DNA of 60,000 bases from Schmidtea polychroa. Lineage: Eukaryota. The position numbers were made by a program, and so were the translations under genes. Below, piece after piece: positions 14,491 through 26,693 of the stretch. Numbering within the stretch: the first letter of the stretch is position 1; every line of letters begins with the position of its first letter. The stretch covers positions 22,880,001-22,940,000 of the forward strand of contig CM097885.1 of NCBI GenBank assembly GCA_044892525.1. The letters are read 5' to 3'. The notes below the pieces were generated by a model that was given only the letters and a program-made list of their open reading frames with translations, was not told the DNA's origin and ran no database searches.

Positions 14491-16749
14491 ATATTAATCG
14501 AAAACAATATTATTTAATGAAATGAACAAAAAAAAGTCGACTGACTTAGGGTAGAAATTATTTAACGTTAATTGGTTATTTCCTGCACCAAATTCTTGAT
14601 GTCAAACGTAACTATTTAACTGAGGATCGAGGACACTGTTTGACGCAATAAATTTATTGGAGAAAAATTAGAAGATGAAATCGGAGAAACAATTTCGAAA
14701 AATTTATTCAGCGCAATAATTCAAAAATATTAAGTTAAGGAAAAGAAGGCAGTTAAATCAATTATTCCACGATATTGAAATTAGAACCAATCGTTATATC
14801 AATGGTCGGCGAACTGCTGTTCTTTTTTTTAATTTTTTATTAAAATTTTTTAATTTTAATTTGCCATTTGAACTTTTATTACTTAATAAACCAAAACTGA
14901 AAATAATGAGAATTAATTTACTGAGCCAGTTCAGAACAAACTATGTGGATGATTGGCCACATTATGAACATTAAATTAGTGGTGGACCGCAAGTGAAATA
15001 CTATTTTTAGATATACGTTATGTTGGGCTAAGAAACACGTGAATCAGAACAAAACTTAGTGATATAGATTTAAGTAAACGAATGAAATAAGTAAAACAGT
15101 AAGGATATGTGAGCCATTTAGCACAGTCGCTTCTGATTGGTTGAATAAAAACATGACTCATCCCAGTGATTTCACTTAGATCACTTGGATTATAACTTTC
15201 CAACGAATCTTGGTAAGGTTCATCATCTGACTAAATTTCGTTGAGAAAAGTTTCTATACGTGCATGTTCTTTTTCGTTATAACCCATGATAACGTGGTTC
15301 ATAAGACAAATGACCACTACTGCAAGAATATGAACTATACCGAATATAACACTAATTACGTGACCCTCCCTTCACAAACGTGCAAGTTTTAACATGCGCA
15401 AAATGTGAATCATGAAGAAAAGTGCTTCTTGGGCCGCGTGATGCAACCGTGATTCACGCCGGAAAAAACAACTTATATTCTGAAATAAACTGAAAATCAA
15501 CACGAAAACTGCATAATATATGATTTACATTAAAACTGACAAACACATATCAGGTGGCCTGTGGGATTATATTCTTTTAGAATTGCGGCGTTCAGCGTGT
15601 TAAACACTTAAATATTTGATCGAAAATTAGTCACACTACTCTCAAAACTATTAATTAATTAATATTAATTGGACGATAAATTTTGATATTTTTGTTCCAG
15701 ATTCACACTACCGATATTGAGTAAAGTTTGTTTTATACCATTTGTTTTTTATGCTGGTAATGTAATAATTTTGAAAATATTATTTATTATCAAAGACATA
15801 TCAGAGTTCAGTTTTCCCAATTTTTATTTTTACAGATTTTTGTTATACATAAGTAAAATAATTGTTTAATAAAGTAAAAAAAATTCAAAATTAAATATTT
15901 ATAATTCACTCATTTGTATTTTATCTTATGCGGCTCATCTCTCTTTATGATTAGTTAATTGTGAATTCTACGTTTTAAAGTACTTAATTTTAATTGTTAA
16001 ATTATTTAATTATTTTTATCGTTGTAATTCTATGTGAAAACTAAATTTTAACGCAGCTGATCCAAGAAAAACTTTGAAGTCAGATTAACATTTAATAATT
16101 TATTATGGTACTCTCCGGTTATCTCGACCTCATCATAAAATGAACAGTTTCAATTATAAAAATCTATAGACATTTACACATAGTCTGAGTTTATCTGACA
16201 ATTTATTTTGATCCCCTAGGGTTACAAATCACACTGGGACTGGTCTAAAGTTCCTACACGTCCTACTCTGGGTAGGACAGTCCTAAAATTTGGATATTTG
16301 TCCTAAATACTACTGTAGTAGGTTATTGATTTGTCCTACTTTGAGCCTTTCAATATGTGACAACCCTAGAGTGGTCGTAATCAACAAACACAACCATTTC
16401 TTGGAATTTTTTCGATGTGGTTGAAATAACCGGGAAATATCTTTATTATTTCAGCAATAAAAAACAACATTTGAAATATACTGATGAGAGTCAAATAATC
16501 CCAAAAATAGTCAGCCTATTTGTTAATTACAATAAAATTTGATTTTTTTTTGCATTGAATACTACTCTAGTTATGATAATGCATCAAAAGTCAAAGACCT
16601 AATGAGCAATCAATTTTATTATTCATTACGTAATCAAATACAATAAATTAGAGATTGTGCAACCTTTACTATTTAGATAATTGAAATTATTTTATTAAAA
16701 TTTTACATATAAGAAATTTAATTTCCCTTTATATCAGGCTGCCAATCAT

Positions 16750-17230
16750 CTTACTCTGAAATATAAGTAAAGGTGTCTTTCAACAACCTAACAATGCTAT
16801 GCAAGTAGATCTTAGTCATGCCAGTATTTTTAAATTCATCGTATGACCTTACAAGACCTTAAAAAGATTAGTTGAATTGGAACAAGCACCCTTTTACTGT
16901 TTAATTTGAGAGTGTGCTTTTGAACTCCATAAAAGTGCTGCCATTTCGAAATTAACAATTATTGTTTCTGGTGAAAAGGTAATATTTAGACTTATAGAAA
17001 CATCTTTTAATTGATAATTGATTTTTTCATATACAAGCCTTGTTTTTTGCAAGCAATGGACATAAACACAAGGGGAGGTATTGCCGAAAGCATCTCGTTG
17101 TATCGTATACAATTGGAAAAACTTTCGGGGAACTGTATCGAAAGACCCGTTGGCGAAGATTTGGGTACTTTTACATAAAGATTGTAGACCACTTAATTAA
17201 TTTAATTAATCACAAGGTGTTATGTTCTTA
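16750..17230 (-). pseudogene. MULE-type transposase remnant
   Basis: FSPETIIVNFEMAAL followed (frameshifted) by a KGCLF-like segment; multiple frameshifts. Boundaries approximate. Confidence 0.6.
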
Positions 17231-17464
17231 AATACGAGTTACTTGATGTGTTATCGCTGATTTTAAGTTGACTTAAAACGGTTACAAGCTTTTATTTTAT
17301 AAACTCTCTATATTAACTTCACTTTGTCTGTCTGAATGTTTGTATGAGCCACACAAATCTTGAGACGGCAAATTAACCTACTTCCAGTGATCTCATCGAG
17401 ATGAAATTTGGCAGATAGATTCGTTGTCGAGAACAAGCATTCTCTCAAAATTTCAGATTCATCA

Positions 17465-18192
17465 TTTTGATATCTAAATTGTAAATTTTATTTGTCAGAA
17501 AATAGTAGATTACAGTTGCTAAGCAGCTTATGTAAATATTACTATTTGATCTATCGAATTATTTACTAAATAATTATTGATGTGCTTTGATGAATGAATT
17601 GAATTATGCGTTGAAAGATGTATTCCGTTTTTGATTCACATCAATTTATCAATAAACTGACAGAAAAGGCTATATTTGAAAAAAGCCTATATCCAAGAAG
17701 CAGTTCAAGTCCCACTATATTCTGTCCATCGTATGTCCTATTTCCATCGTCATCATTTAACGTTTTTTGCTATCTGTCACTTAAGTACGTTTTTAGTAGA
17801 CTTGTGGTAGAGAGCAGGTTTCGTATAAATGAGGGTCATTGTAAGTGTGTATGTTTTTTATGTCGCTTTACCACAGAAGACCAGAATGTTCGTAAGGCCA
17901 TTTCAAGGGAAAATGTGCGTTGTGATAATCGCAATGTAAAGGAGTATTTGTGTTTTACACAGATTTATGCCAAGTATTTATAGTCAAATCACTGCAACAT
18001 GTATTTTTTAAATATTATGTATTGTCAAAATTACTAATTAATCGAGTCAAAACATTTGTTTCCCATTAAAAATATAGTTTTCGAACCAATGTTCAATATA
18101 TATAAAGAAAAAACATTATTTTTTTTTTAAAAATGGTTCCTGATAAAAACCAATTTGAAAAGATGGGAAGCAATCTTCTGTCGAAAAAAGGA
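17465..18192 (+). repeat. Left part of the composite piggyBac-derived repeat interrupted by the Polinton
   Basis: Reverse-complement match to ~46895-46920 and ~47000-47889; ORF 17618-17983 has a Cys-rich segment resembling a piggyBac C-terminal domain. Confidence 0.7.
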
Positions 18193-18198
18193 CATATT

Positions 18199-19901
<1,703 letters not shown>

Positions 19902-20080
19902 GACTCCACTGTTATTGTTGTATTGTGTGAGCACACACTCGTTATAATAATTAGCAATATGAATAGAGTTTTCATGGTGTATCAAATCAAAACCTTTCTT
20001 TTACATTTATAGTCTATCAACCAATCAAAATCATCCGGTATTAGTATAAATAAAACATCATATTTTAAATTATTGTAAAA

Positions 20081-20601
20081 ATGTCTCAATTTATGGAAAA
20101 TCTTTTAAGAGAACTCGTCAACAGGAATATTATGGAAAGCCTATGTTTCCTGGTCGATCGGACCGAAAAGATTATAGAAGGTAATCACATTGATTATGAC
20201 GATGTGATCAATTCTGATTGTCTCGAAACCAAAAAATTCTATTTTAATAGAATTTTTAACTGTCTATGCGACGATCAGATGAAGTGGACCCGAATACTAG
20301 TAGGGTTCGCTTATATGAAAATAATAATCCAAAGAAGTCTATGGGACTCAGAGCACTATTATCAGTGGTCTCAAGAAGTAATACTTTTATAATTTATATT
20401 TTATTAATATTTATTTTCTAGATAATCAAGTCAAAGTTTCAACCATGGATTGAAGCCAATGGCGGATGGGGAGTACTCAATCAACTCGCCAGAAATGCAA
20501 AAGAAATAGACGATCAGAAAAGAAAATTTAAAAACTATGTAAAACTTGCAACAGGTGTTGCTATTTTGTATATTTTAACCAGATTTTTAAATAAAAATTA
20601 A
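20081..20601 (+). CDS. Bcl-2 family protein, 2 exons (20081-20377, 20422-20601), 158 aa
   Basis: BH1-like FNCLCDDQMKWTRILVGFAY; after a 44-bp phase-0 GT-AG intron, BH2 PWIEANGGW and a C-terminal TM anchor LATGVAILYILTRFL preceded by basic residues. Confidence 0.88.
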
Positions 20602-20684
20602 TATAGTTATTTTTGTTTGATTTTTAAATAAATTTTTAAATAACATTTTAAATAAATTTACAAACACTAATTAACTAAGATTTA

Positions 20685-21056
20685 TTAATTAACACATTCG
20701 CAGTCGTCATCTCCACATTTCATTATATTTTCAACGACATGATCAATACAATCATTCGTAATATTATCTTTAGATTCATCTTTAGGTTCCTCTATAGGTT
20801 CCTCTATAGGTTCATAGATTTCCTCTTGAGTTTCTTCCTCATCAATTTCTTGAGTTTCTTCCTCATCATCAAATCCTGTATCTTGACTCTCAACTAACCA
20901 GCCGATATTTAAGGCATTTGTAATAGATAATATATCCTCCATTTTCACACCAGATATTTCTGCTAACTTTTCCAACAAAAAGTTGATTAAAAATTCTAAA
21001 TAATAAATAATTCGGTAATTAATTAATTAATCATGTTAACCTTTTTCTACAGTCAT
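20685..21056 (-). CDS. Small acidic protein, 2 exons (21056-21041, 20995-20685), 108 aa
   Basis: ATG exon MTVEK joined in frame through a 45-bp GT-AG intron to EFLINFLLEKLAEISG...; Glu-rich repeats (DEEETQE, IEEP). Confidence 0.65.
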
Positions 21057-21191
21057 TTTCATCACTTTAAAACTAAATTATAAGTTTGTTTATAGATTTT
21101 CTTTGTTAAATTTGCATGTCATTTGCATTTATGTTGCAATTAATAAAGAGAAAAAAAACAAATCTGACTAATACATTTATTAAATATAACA

Positions 21192-21602
21192 TTAAAATAT
21201 TTGTGAAAGTCTAGCAGACATAATTTTCCAAATAGGAGAATATACATCATTATTATCAACTTTATATCCCTGGATTGCAATTGTTATATACCAATTTTCA
21301 TTTTCTTTGAAAGCGATTTCATCAAAGGAATCATAAAATCTTGCATATTTATTGTTGAACCATGCATGTTGATTACACGATAGATTCGAATCTATCCGTT
21401 TAAAAACATCATCAATAGTTTTGACATCAATCATTGAAAGCGTGCCGGATAAGAATTCAAATTTAGTTGGAATTAGCTTGACTGGTGCAACCAATTTCAT
21501 ATTGATTTCTTCTTTCAAAAAATACATTTTGTAGTTGTGGAACATTTGAACTGGTTGTACCATTTCTTTAGGTTTTTCGGTGCTTGAAATTTTCTTGGTC
21601 AT
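21192..21602 (-). CDS. Putative OB-fold ssDNA-binding protein (136 aa)
   Basis: Beta-rich; C-terminal WYITIAIQGYKV....YSPIWKIMSAR resembles the end of viral gp2.5-like SSBs; TATA and CCAAT boxes upstream. Function is inference. Confidence 0.5.
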   Translation of the reverse strand: MTKKISSTEKPKEMVQPVQMFHNYKMYFLKEEINMKLVAPVKLIPTKFEFLSGTLSMIDVKTIDDVFKRIDSNLSCNQHAWFNNKYARFYDSFDEIAFKENENWYITIAIQGYKVDNNDVYSPIWKIMSARLSQIF

Positions 21603-21962
21603 CGTGAATAATGAATAAATTTAAATGTTACAGGGTTTTTATACCTTTGACTCATGCCTATCAACCAATCAGATTATAGCATGTCTTTGTTTAAATTGCA
21701 TTCAAAATGCATTGATGTTGCATTGTCACATGTTCTATTTACAGATTTATTATTAATGTTTAAATTATTACATGTTTTGATATATGTACAGATTTATTAT
21801 TAATATGTTTCATTATTATTAATGTTTTTACTATTATTACTATTCATATTTCTATTACTATTATTATTATTATTACTATTATTATTATTACTATTATTAT
21901 TTCAAATATAAAACACAATAAAACACAATAAAAAAGATAAAACACAATAAAAAATACATTTA

Positions 21963-22376
21963 TTAATAACCCAAATCTACAATCTTGGAGTAGTGAAACC
22001 TTCTCAGAGTTTTCACTAACTCCCATTCGACATATCGCCGATATCGATCGGCGCAACATGAGCATCCGATGATGCACTGGTACTCTGGCTCCATTTGTTT
22101 GATGGTTCTGTTAATCTTTATATCCCACAGAAACTGGTGAAATACATCCATGATTCGAATTTGAGTCGCATAGAATATCAGATCTGGAATGATCTCAGGT
22201 TCGCGATCCTTGATAATTTCAATAATTTGAGGATAATAATATTTTATCCTTTTTATCATAACTTCTAAATATTTCTCTAAAATAATAAATAGTAAATAAT
22301 GTGAAAAAAAAATTTTAAATTTACCGGAATCGTCGATATCTTTCATGAGGGTTGCAGAGCTTGGTAATTTGTACAT
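21963..22376 (-). CDS. Hypothetical protein with CxxxCxCC motif, probable 48-bp intron (22277-22324)
   Basis: ATG at 22376; an in-frame AT-rich GTAAAT...TTTTAG segment looks intronic; three CCAAT boxes at ~22430-22466. Confidence 0.55.
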   Translation of the reverse strand: MYKLPSSATLMKDIDDSGKFKIFFSHYLLFIILEKYLEVMIKRIKYYYPQIIEIIKDREPEIIPDLIFYATQIRIMDVFHQFLWDIKINRTIKQMEPEYQCIIGCSCCADRYRRYVEWELVKTLRRFHYSKIVDLGY

Positions 22377-22450
22377 AGTGTTGAAAAAATGAATTCTAAA
22401 CAAAAAACCGTTTGTTTAAATCAATCAATAACCAATTAGAAATTAACCAA

Positions 22451-22888
22451 TTAGAAATCGACCAATGAAATTATCTCATTTCGAACATTGTCAACAAATT
22501 CTCTATACTCCAAATTTCTCAACCCCAACATGACAACCTTTCCACTAGCAAACACGTTGACACATATAGGGTTATATTTTAATAGTCTTAGTGCCGGAAA
22601 CAATTCCGGTTCAAACATACAATCACATTTTTTCGACATGTTATATAGATTGATACTATGTCCCATATCCATAGTAACGGTAATTGATTGGATTTTAATA
22701 TTATTTATTCGATATTGTAATTTATTAATATCCAAAGGTTTCTTACATCCCATGATTCTGCATTTACCAGTCTTGAAAAATATTATCGGATATTTCCCAC
22801 TTCTATCGATAATTTGCTGGGGTTTCCCTGGTGGGAACCTCATATTCGATACATCAAAATTTCCTCGATAATTTATATTTGCTAACAT
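22451..22888 (-). CDS. TATA-binding-protein (TBP)-like protein, 145 aa
   Basis: Two-repeat TBP core: LANINY / IIFFKTGKCRIMG and IQSITV...INL / FEPELFPAL / VNVFASGKVVMLG (cf. TBP YEPELFPGL...LIFVSGKVVLTG). Confidence 0.88.
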   Translation of the reverse strand: MLANINYRGNFDVSNMRFPPGKPQQIIDRSGKYPIIFFKTGKCRIMGCKKPLDINKLQYRINNIKIQSITVTMDMGHSINLYNMSKKCDCMFEPELFPALRLLKYNPICVNVFASGKVVMLGLRNLEYREFVDNVRNEIISLVDF

Positions 22889-22987
22889 TATTAAATCATT
22901 TATGAAAATTAGTCTTTATATACAAATTGAGCACGAGTTCATTAAATCATCGAATATAAACAAATACACATTTATAAAATATTTGAA

Positions 22988-23614
22988 ATGGAATTAAGAA
23001 ATGATGCTGTATACCAAATCGTTGGTCCGAGTGGTAGTGGAAAAACATTATTTGTTTGTAAATTACTAAAATCCAATTTATTCAAATCAAAATTCAACAG
23101 GATTTATTGGCATAGGGGTGCTGATGAAGAACATGGATTAACTCAATCAAGTTTCTGTAAATTAAAAAACATGAAAATAGTAAAGGGATTCGATAAAAAC
23201 TGGTCCAGCCGATTAAAGAAAGGCGATGTCATTATTATCGATGATTTGTATCAAGAAGCTAATAAAGAAAAAGATTTTAATAATTTATTTACAAAGATTA
23301 GCAGACATGTCGGTGTAACAGTTATTTTCATAACTCAAAATCTATTTCATCAAGGTGGGGCACATCGAACACGTAATTTAAATGTACAATATTTAGTCAT
23401 TTTCAAGAATCCTAGAGATGCAACAGTGATTGATTTTCTTGCACGTCAAGCATACCCTAACAATCGTAATTTTCTTATCAGTGCATTTCAAGATGCTACA
23501 AAAATACCTCATGGATATATATTTCTTGATTTCACACAACAATGTCCCGATGATTTACGTGTAAAAACAGATATTTTCAACCCAAAAGGTGCCATGGTTT
23601 ATAAACAAAGTTGA
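22988..23614 (+). CDS. Genome-packaging ATPase (A32/FtsK-HerA type)
   Basis: Walker A GPSGSGKT, Walker B IIIDD, SRH..VTVIFITQ, R-x-N and FKNPRD motifs typical of Polinton ATPases. Confidence 0.95.
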   Translation: MELRNDAVYQIVGPSGSGKTLFVCKLLKSNLFKSKFNRIYWHRGADEEHGLTQSSFCKLKNMKIVKGFDKNWSSRLKKGDVIIIDDLYQEANKEKDFNNLFTKISRHVGVTVIFITQNLFHQGGAHRTRNLNVQYLVIFKNPRDATVIDFLARQAYPNNRNFLISAFQDATKIPHGYIFLDFTQQCPDDLRVKTDIFNPKGAMVYKQS

Positions 23615-23632
23615 AAACCTCTATGAATAATA

Positions 23633-24166
23633 ATGTTTCTAAAAGCAAGGGTGAAAAATATTAGGAAATTAAGAAAAGGTATTAGAAAGACTATTAAAGT
23701 TCCAAAGGTTCCACCAACAACTAGTTATACACCATCTAAAAAACTTGTAACTGAAAATTTCTCTGCAATGAATCTTATTTCGAAAAATCCTAAACCTAAA
23801 CGTAAAACCCGTAAAACCCGTAAAACCGGTAAAAAAGTAGTTAAAAATCATCGCAGTTTTCCATTTTTTAATGCATTGTTAAAGGCTCCGAGTATGAAAA
23901 GAATGAATATATTGCAATCATTCCCAAATTTTGTTGTCGATGATTTACTCAATATTATACTTAAAGTAGTCAAAGGCAAAATTAAAATCAGTAAATCAAA
24001 AAAGCATTTATTGAGCAAACATAGGAAACCTTTATTATCTTTAGTAAATAATAAAAATCGTAAGCAAATGAGGAAAATTATATATAAACAACAAGGTGGA
24101 TTTATTGGTGCCTTGATACCTCTGGCATTATCATTATTAGGTGGAGTTGTAGGAAATCAATCATAA
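23633..24166 (+). CDS. Basic core protein with adenovirus pX(Mu)-like C-terminus
   Basis: Very K/R-rich; ends QQGG|FIGALIPLALSLLGGVVG, resembling the adenovirus pX GG|[FI]LP.LIP.IAAAIG tail. Confidence 0.75.
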   Translation: MFLKARVKNIRKLRKGIRKTIKVPKVPPTTSYTPSKKLVTENFSAMNLISKNPKPKRKTRKTRKTGKKVVKNHRSFPFFNALLKAPSMKRMNILQSFPNFVVDDLLNIILKVVKGKIKISKSKKHLLSKHRKPLLSLVNNKNRKQMRKIIYKQQGGFIGALIPLALSLLGGVVGNQS

Positions 24167-24169
24167 ACA

Positions 24170-24397
24170 ATGGGTGCTAATCCTTCATTGCCCGACATTA
24201 AATTTAATTTTAAATCTTCTTGTTGTAATGGAGAAGATTTGGACGAACCCAGAAGACGAAGCCGGTTTCGGTGGAGTGGCAAAATTAAACAAAAGAGTTC
24301 CGAATTCGAAAAAAGAAACCCAGAAGTGGTTATCAGATCAGCTTGCGTACAGTTTGAACAAACCAATGCGGAAAAGATTTCCAACAAGAGCGTATAA
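24170..24397 (+). CDS. Putative small myristoylated protein overlapping the integrase 5' end
   Basis: Starts 3 nt after the pX-like stop in context ACAATGG; MGxxxS motif, CC pair and basic patch. Confidence 0.4.
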   Translation: MGANPSLPDIKFNFKSSCCNGEDLDEPRRRSRFRWSGKIKQKSSEFEKRNPEVVIRSACVQFEQTNAEKISNKSV

Positions 24398-24615
24398 AAC
24401 ATTTGGTATTGACGATTTATGGCAAATGGATTTGATGGAGATGATACCATATTCGAAAATTAACAATGGGAATAAATATATTTTAACATGTATTAATGTA
24501 TACAGCAGGTTTGCACGAGCAATACCAGTCAAGGCAAAATCTGCAGAAGAAATGTCCAAGGCAATTAATATTTTATTTAAAGATGGACATCCTAATAATT
24601 TGCAAACAGATTTAG

Positions 24616-24704
<89 letters not shown>

Positions 24705-25334
24705 TTAGGTAAAGAATTCTACAATAGCAAAGTTAAGCAAATCCTCGATAAACTGAAAATAAATCACTACTCGGTACATTCTCAATACAAAGCTGCCCAT
24801 GTTGAAAGATTTAATCGAACATTGAGAGATAGATTAAAGAAATTGTTCGTGCATCAAGGTAATAAAAAATGGGTAAATGCTTTACCGAAAATAATAACAA
24901 GTTATAATCATTCATCACATCGAGGACTGAATGGATTGAGACCGGTTGATATTACATCAAAAACACCATTATCTAAAAAATCTGTAAAAATTGCAAAACC
25001 TAAATATAAAGTCGGTGACCATGTTAGAATTAGTAAAATTAGTGCATCACCATTTATTAAAAATTTTGATACAAATTGGAGTGATGAAGTCTTTGTAATT
25101 TCAAAAATAAATACTAAACAGAATCCTGTAATGTATGTCATCAAAGACAATGATAATAATATTGTACAGGGGAAATTTTATGAGCAGGAATTACAAGTCA
25201 TTCCTCCCCCAAAAGTATTTAGAATTCAAAAAATATTGAAAACTAAAAAGGTCGGTAAGGATAAACAATACTATATCAAATGGCACGGTTATCAAAACCC
25301 GTCATGGATATCGTCAAAAGACCTAGTAAAATGA
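24228..25334 (+). CDS. int: Retroviral-type (rve) integrase with C-terminal chromodomain; 2 exons (24228-24615, 24709-25334), 337 aa
   Basis: WQMD, LQTD-LG-KEF (after removal of a 93-bp intron) and VERFNRT DDE motifs; YKVGDHVRI, NWSDEVF, GKFYEQEL; chromodomain RIQKIL...YYIKWHGY..PSWI. Confidence 0.95.
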
Positions 25335-26335
25335 ATTTTTATATTATTTTACCTAGCAATAGCTGTCCACTTATTCATCCAGATAATAAAGCCAGCAAAT
25401 TCAGGGTCAATCTTCAAAATCCGATATATTTGGATAATAGCTGGGAAGTTGCTCTGTTGGATTTTACATTTGTATACCAAGCCTTTCCATTTTATAGTAA
25501 GGCTAAAATTGGATACAAAAAGAATGAGTGGCAGGATAGATTATTGTCTATGATCATTGATAATGCAGATGATGAAGTTCGGTTGTCTAACTCAACTGAT
25601 CCAGCTGTGAAAATGTATATTAACCATTCATATATAGTAGTTGAATGTAAACATTATCCTTTTACTGTAAAATTTGATAGTTTGGAAATGGCAAAACGAT
25701 TGGAATTAAAAACCCAAAGTCATAAAGTTCTTTCCGATAAATTCACTATGCTACGACCGGGATATTCCAAAACTGTACAGCGATTTGAACCAATTTTATT
25801 TACAGTTTCATATCCGGGTATAACGTCTGGTACATTTGAGTTCAAAGATAATTTATACATTTCGAAATTGGATGAATTACAGACATATTTAAAACAAAGT
25901 GGTTTATTTAAATCATTGGAAATATCAGACAGATTCAAATTCAGTTTGAATCCCGAATTTACTGAAATTACTTTTGATGCAAATCTAATAAAAACATTAG
26001 GATTATCAAAAGCAACATATGCTCAAGATGATCAAGGTACCCTAGCTCCGAAAATAATTAAACTTCACCAACAAATGTTCATCTATAGTAATATTGTTGA
26101 TCCTGTAATTGTTGGCGATTCTTTGGTCCCACTCCTGAAATCTGTTTGGATTGAAAAATATGAACATGATGAAGTAGTCAATATAAATATCGATAATCCC
26201 ATGTATTTACCTGTGTCAACCTCATGTATAAACAATATAGAAATAAATATACGTGATGATTCTGGTAAATTAATCGCATTTCCAAAAGATTCAAAAACTC
26301 ATTTAACATTACATTTTCGTAAAGTAGATGGCTAA
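25331..26335 (+). CDS. Minor capsid protein (penton)
   Basis: N-terminal FYIILPSNS...N....F...L..P..L...WEVAL and C-terminal IYSNIV....VGDS..PLL...Y.PV....I..IEI.IRDD.G...LHF motifs; ATGA overlap with the integrase stop. Confidence 0.9.
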   Translation: MNFYIILPSNSCPLIHPDNKASKFRVNLQNPIYLDNSWEVALLDFTFVYQAFPFYSKAKIGYKKNEWQDRLLSMIIDNADDEVRLSNSTDPAVKMYINHSYIVVECKHYPFTVKFDSLEMAKRLELKTQSHKVLSDKFTMLRPGYSKTVQRFEPILFTVSYPGITSGTFEFKDNLYISKLDELQTYLKQSGLFKSLEISDRFKFSLNPEFTEITFDANLIKTLGLSKATYAQDDQGTLAPKIIKLHQQMFIYSNIVDPVIVGDSLVPLLKSVWIEKYEHDEVVNINIDNPMYLPVSTSCINNIEINIRDDSGKLIAFPKDSKTHLTLHFRKVDG

Positions 26336-26693
26336 TTCGGATATTATAAGTATGTATAGTGGTAGCCAATCTGGCGGTGAATTACCATATTTTATTGGTA
26401 AACAGTACGGATCAGGATGGTTGAGAACAATTGGTAGATTTGCACTTCCTATTCTTAAACGTATTGGTAGTTTTGGTATGAAAACTGCTAAAGATGTTAT
26501 TATGAATGAACAGAAAATATTACCATCTCTAAAATCAAATGCTTTAGCAGAATTAGGGAAAGTTTTACCCGGGGTTGCAGGTATGTTTCAAAAACCAGCT
26601 CCAGCTCCAGCTCATGCTCCAAAACGTAAAAGACATGGAATATCACGTATAAACAAACGAATGAAAGGCCATGGAACTATATTTGCAAAATGA
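26328..26693 (+). CDS. Conserved Polinton virion core/cement protein (PW-like)
   Basis: QSGG.LPYF.G.QYGSG followed by an amphipathic basic helix (WLRTIGRFALPILKRIG); lies immediately upstream of the MCP. Confidence 0.7.
   Translation: MANSDIISMYSGSQSGGELPYFIGKQYGSGWLRTIGRFALPILKRIGSFGMKTAKDVIMNEQKILPSLKSNALAELGKVLPGVAGMFQKPAPAPAHAPKRKRHGISRINKRMKGHGTIFAK

Noticed and set aside
22488..22871. 127-aa plus-strand ORF, and other antisense ORFs over the integrase, penton and polB
   Set aside because: Shadow frames of well-supported genes on the opposite strand.
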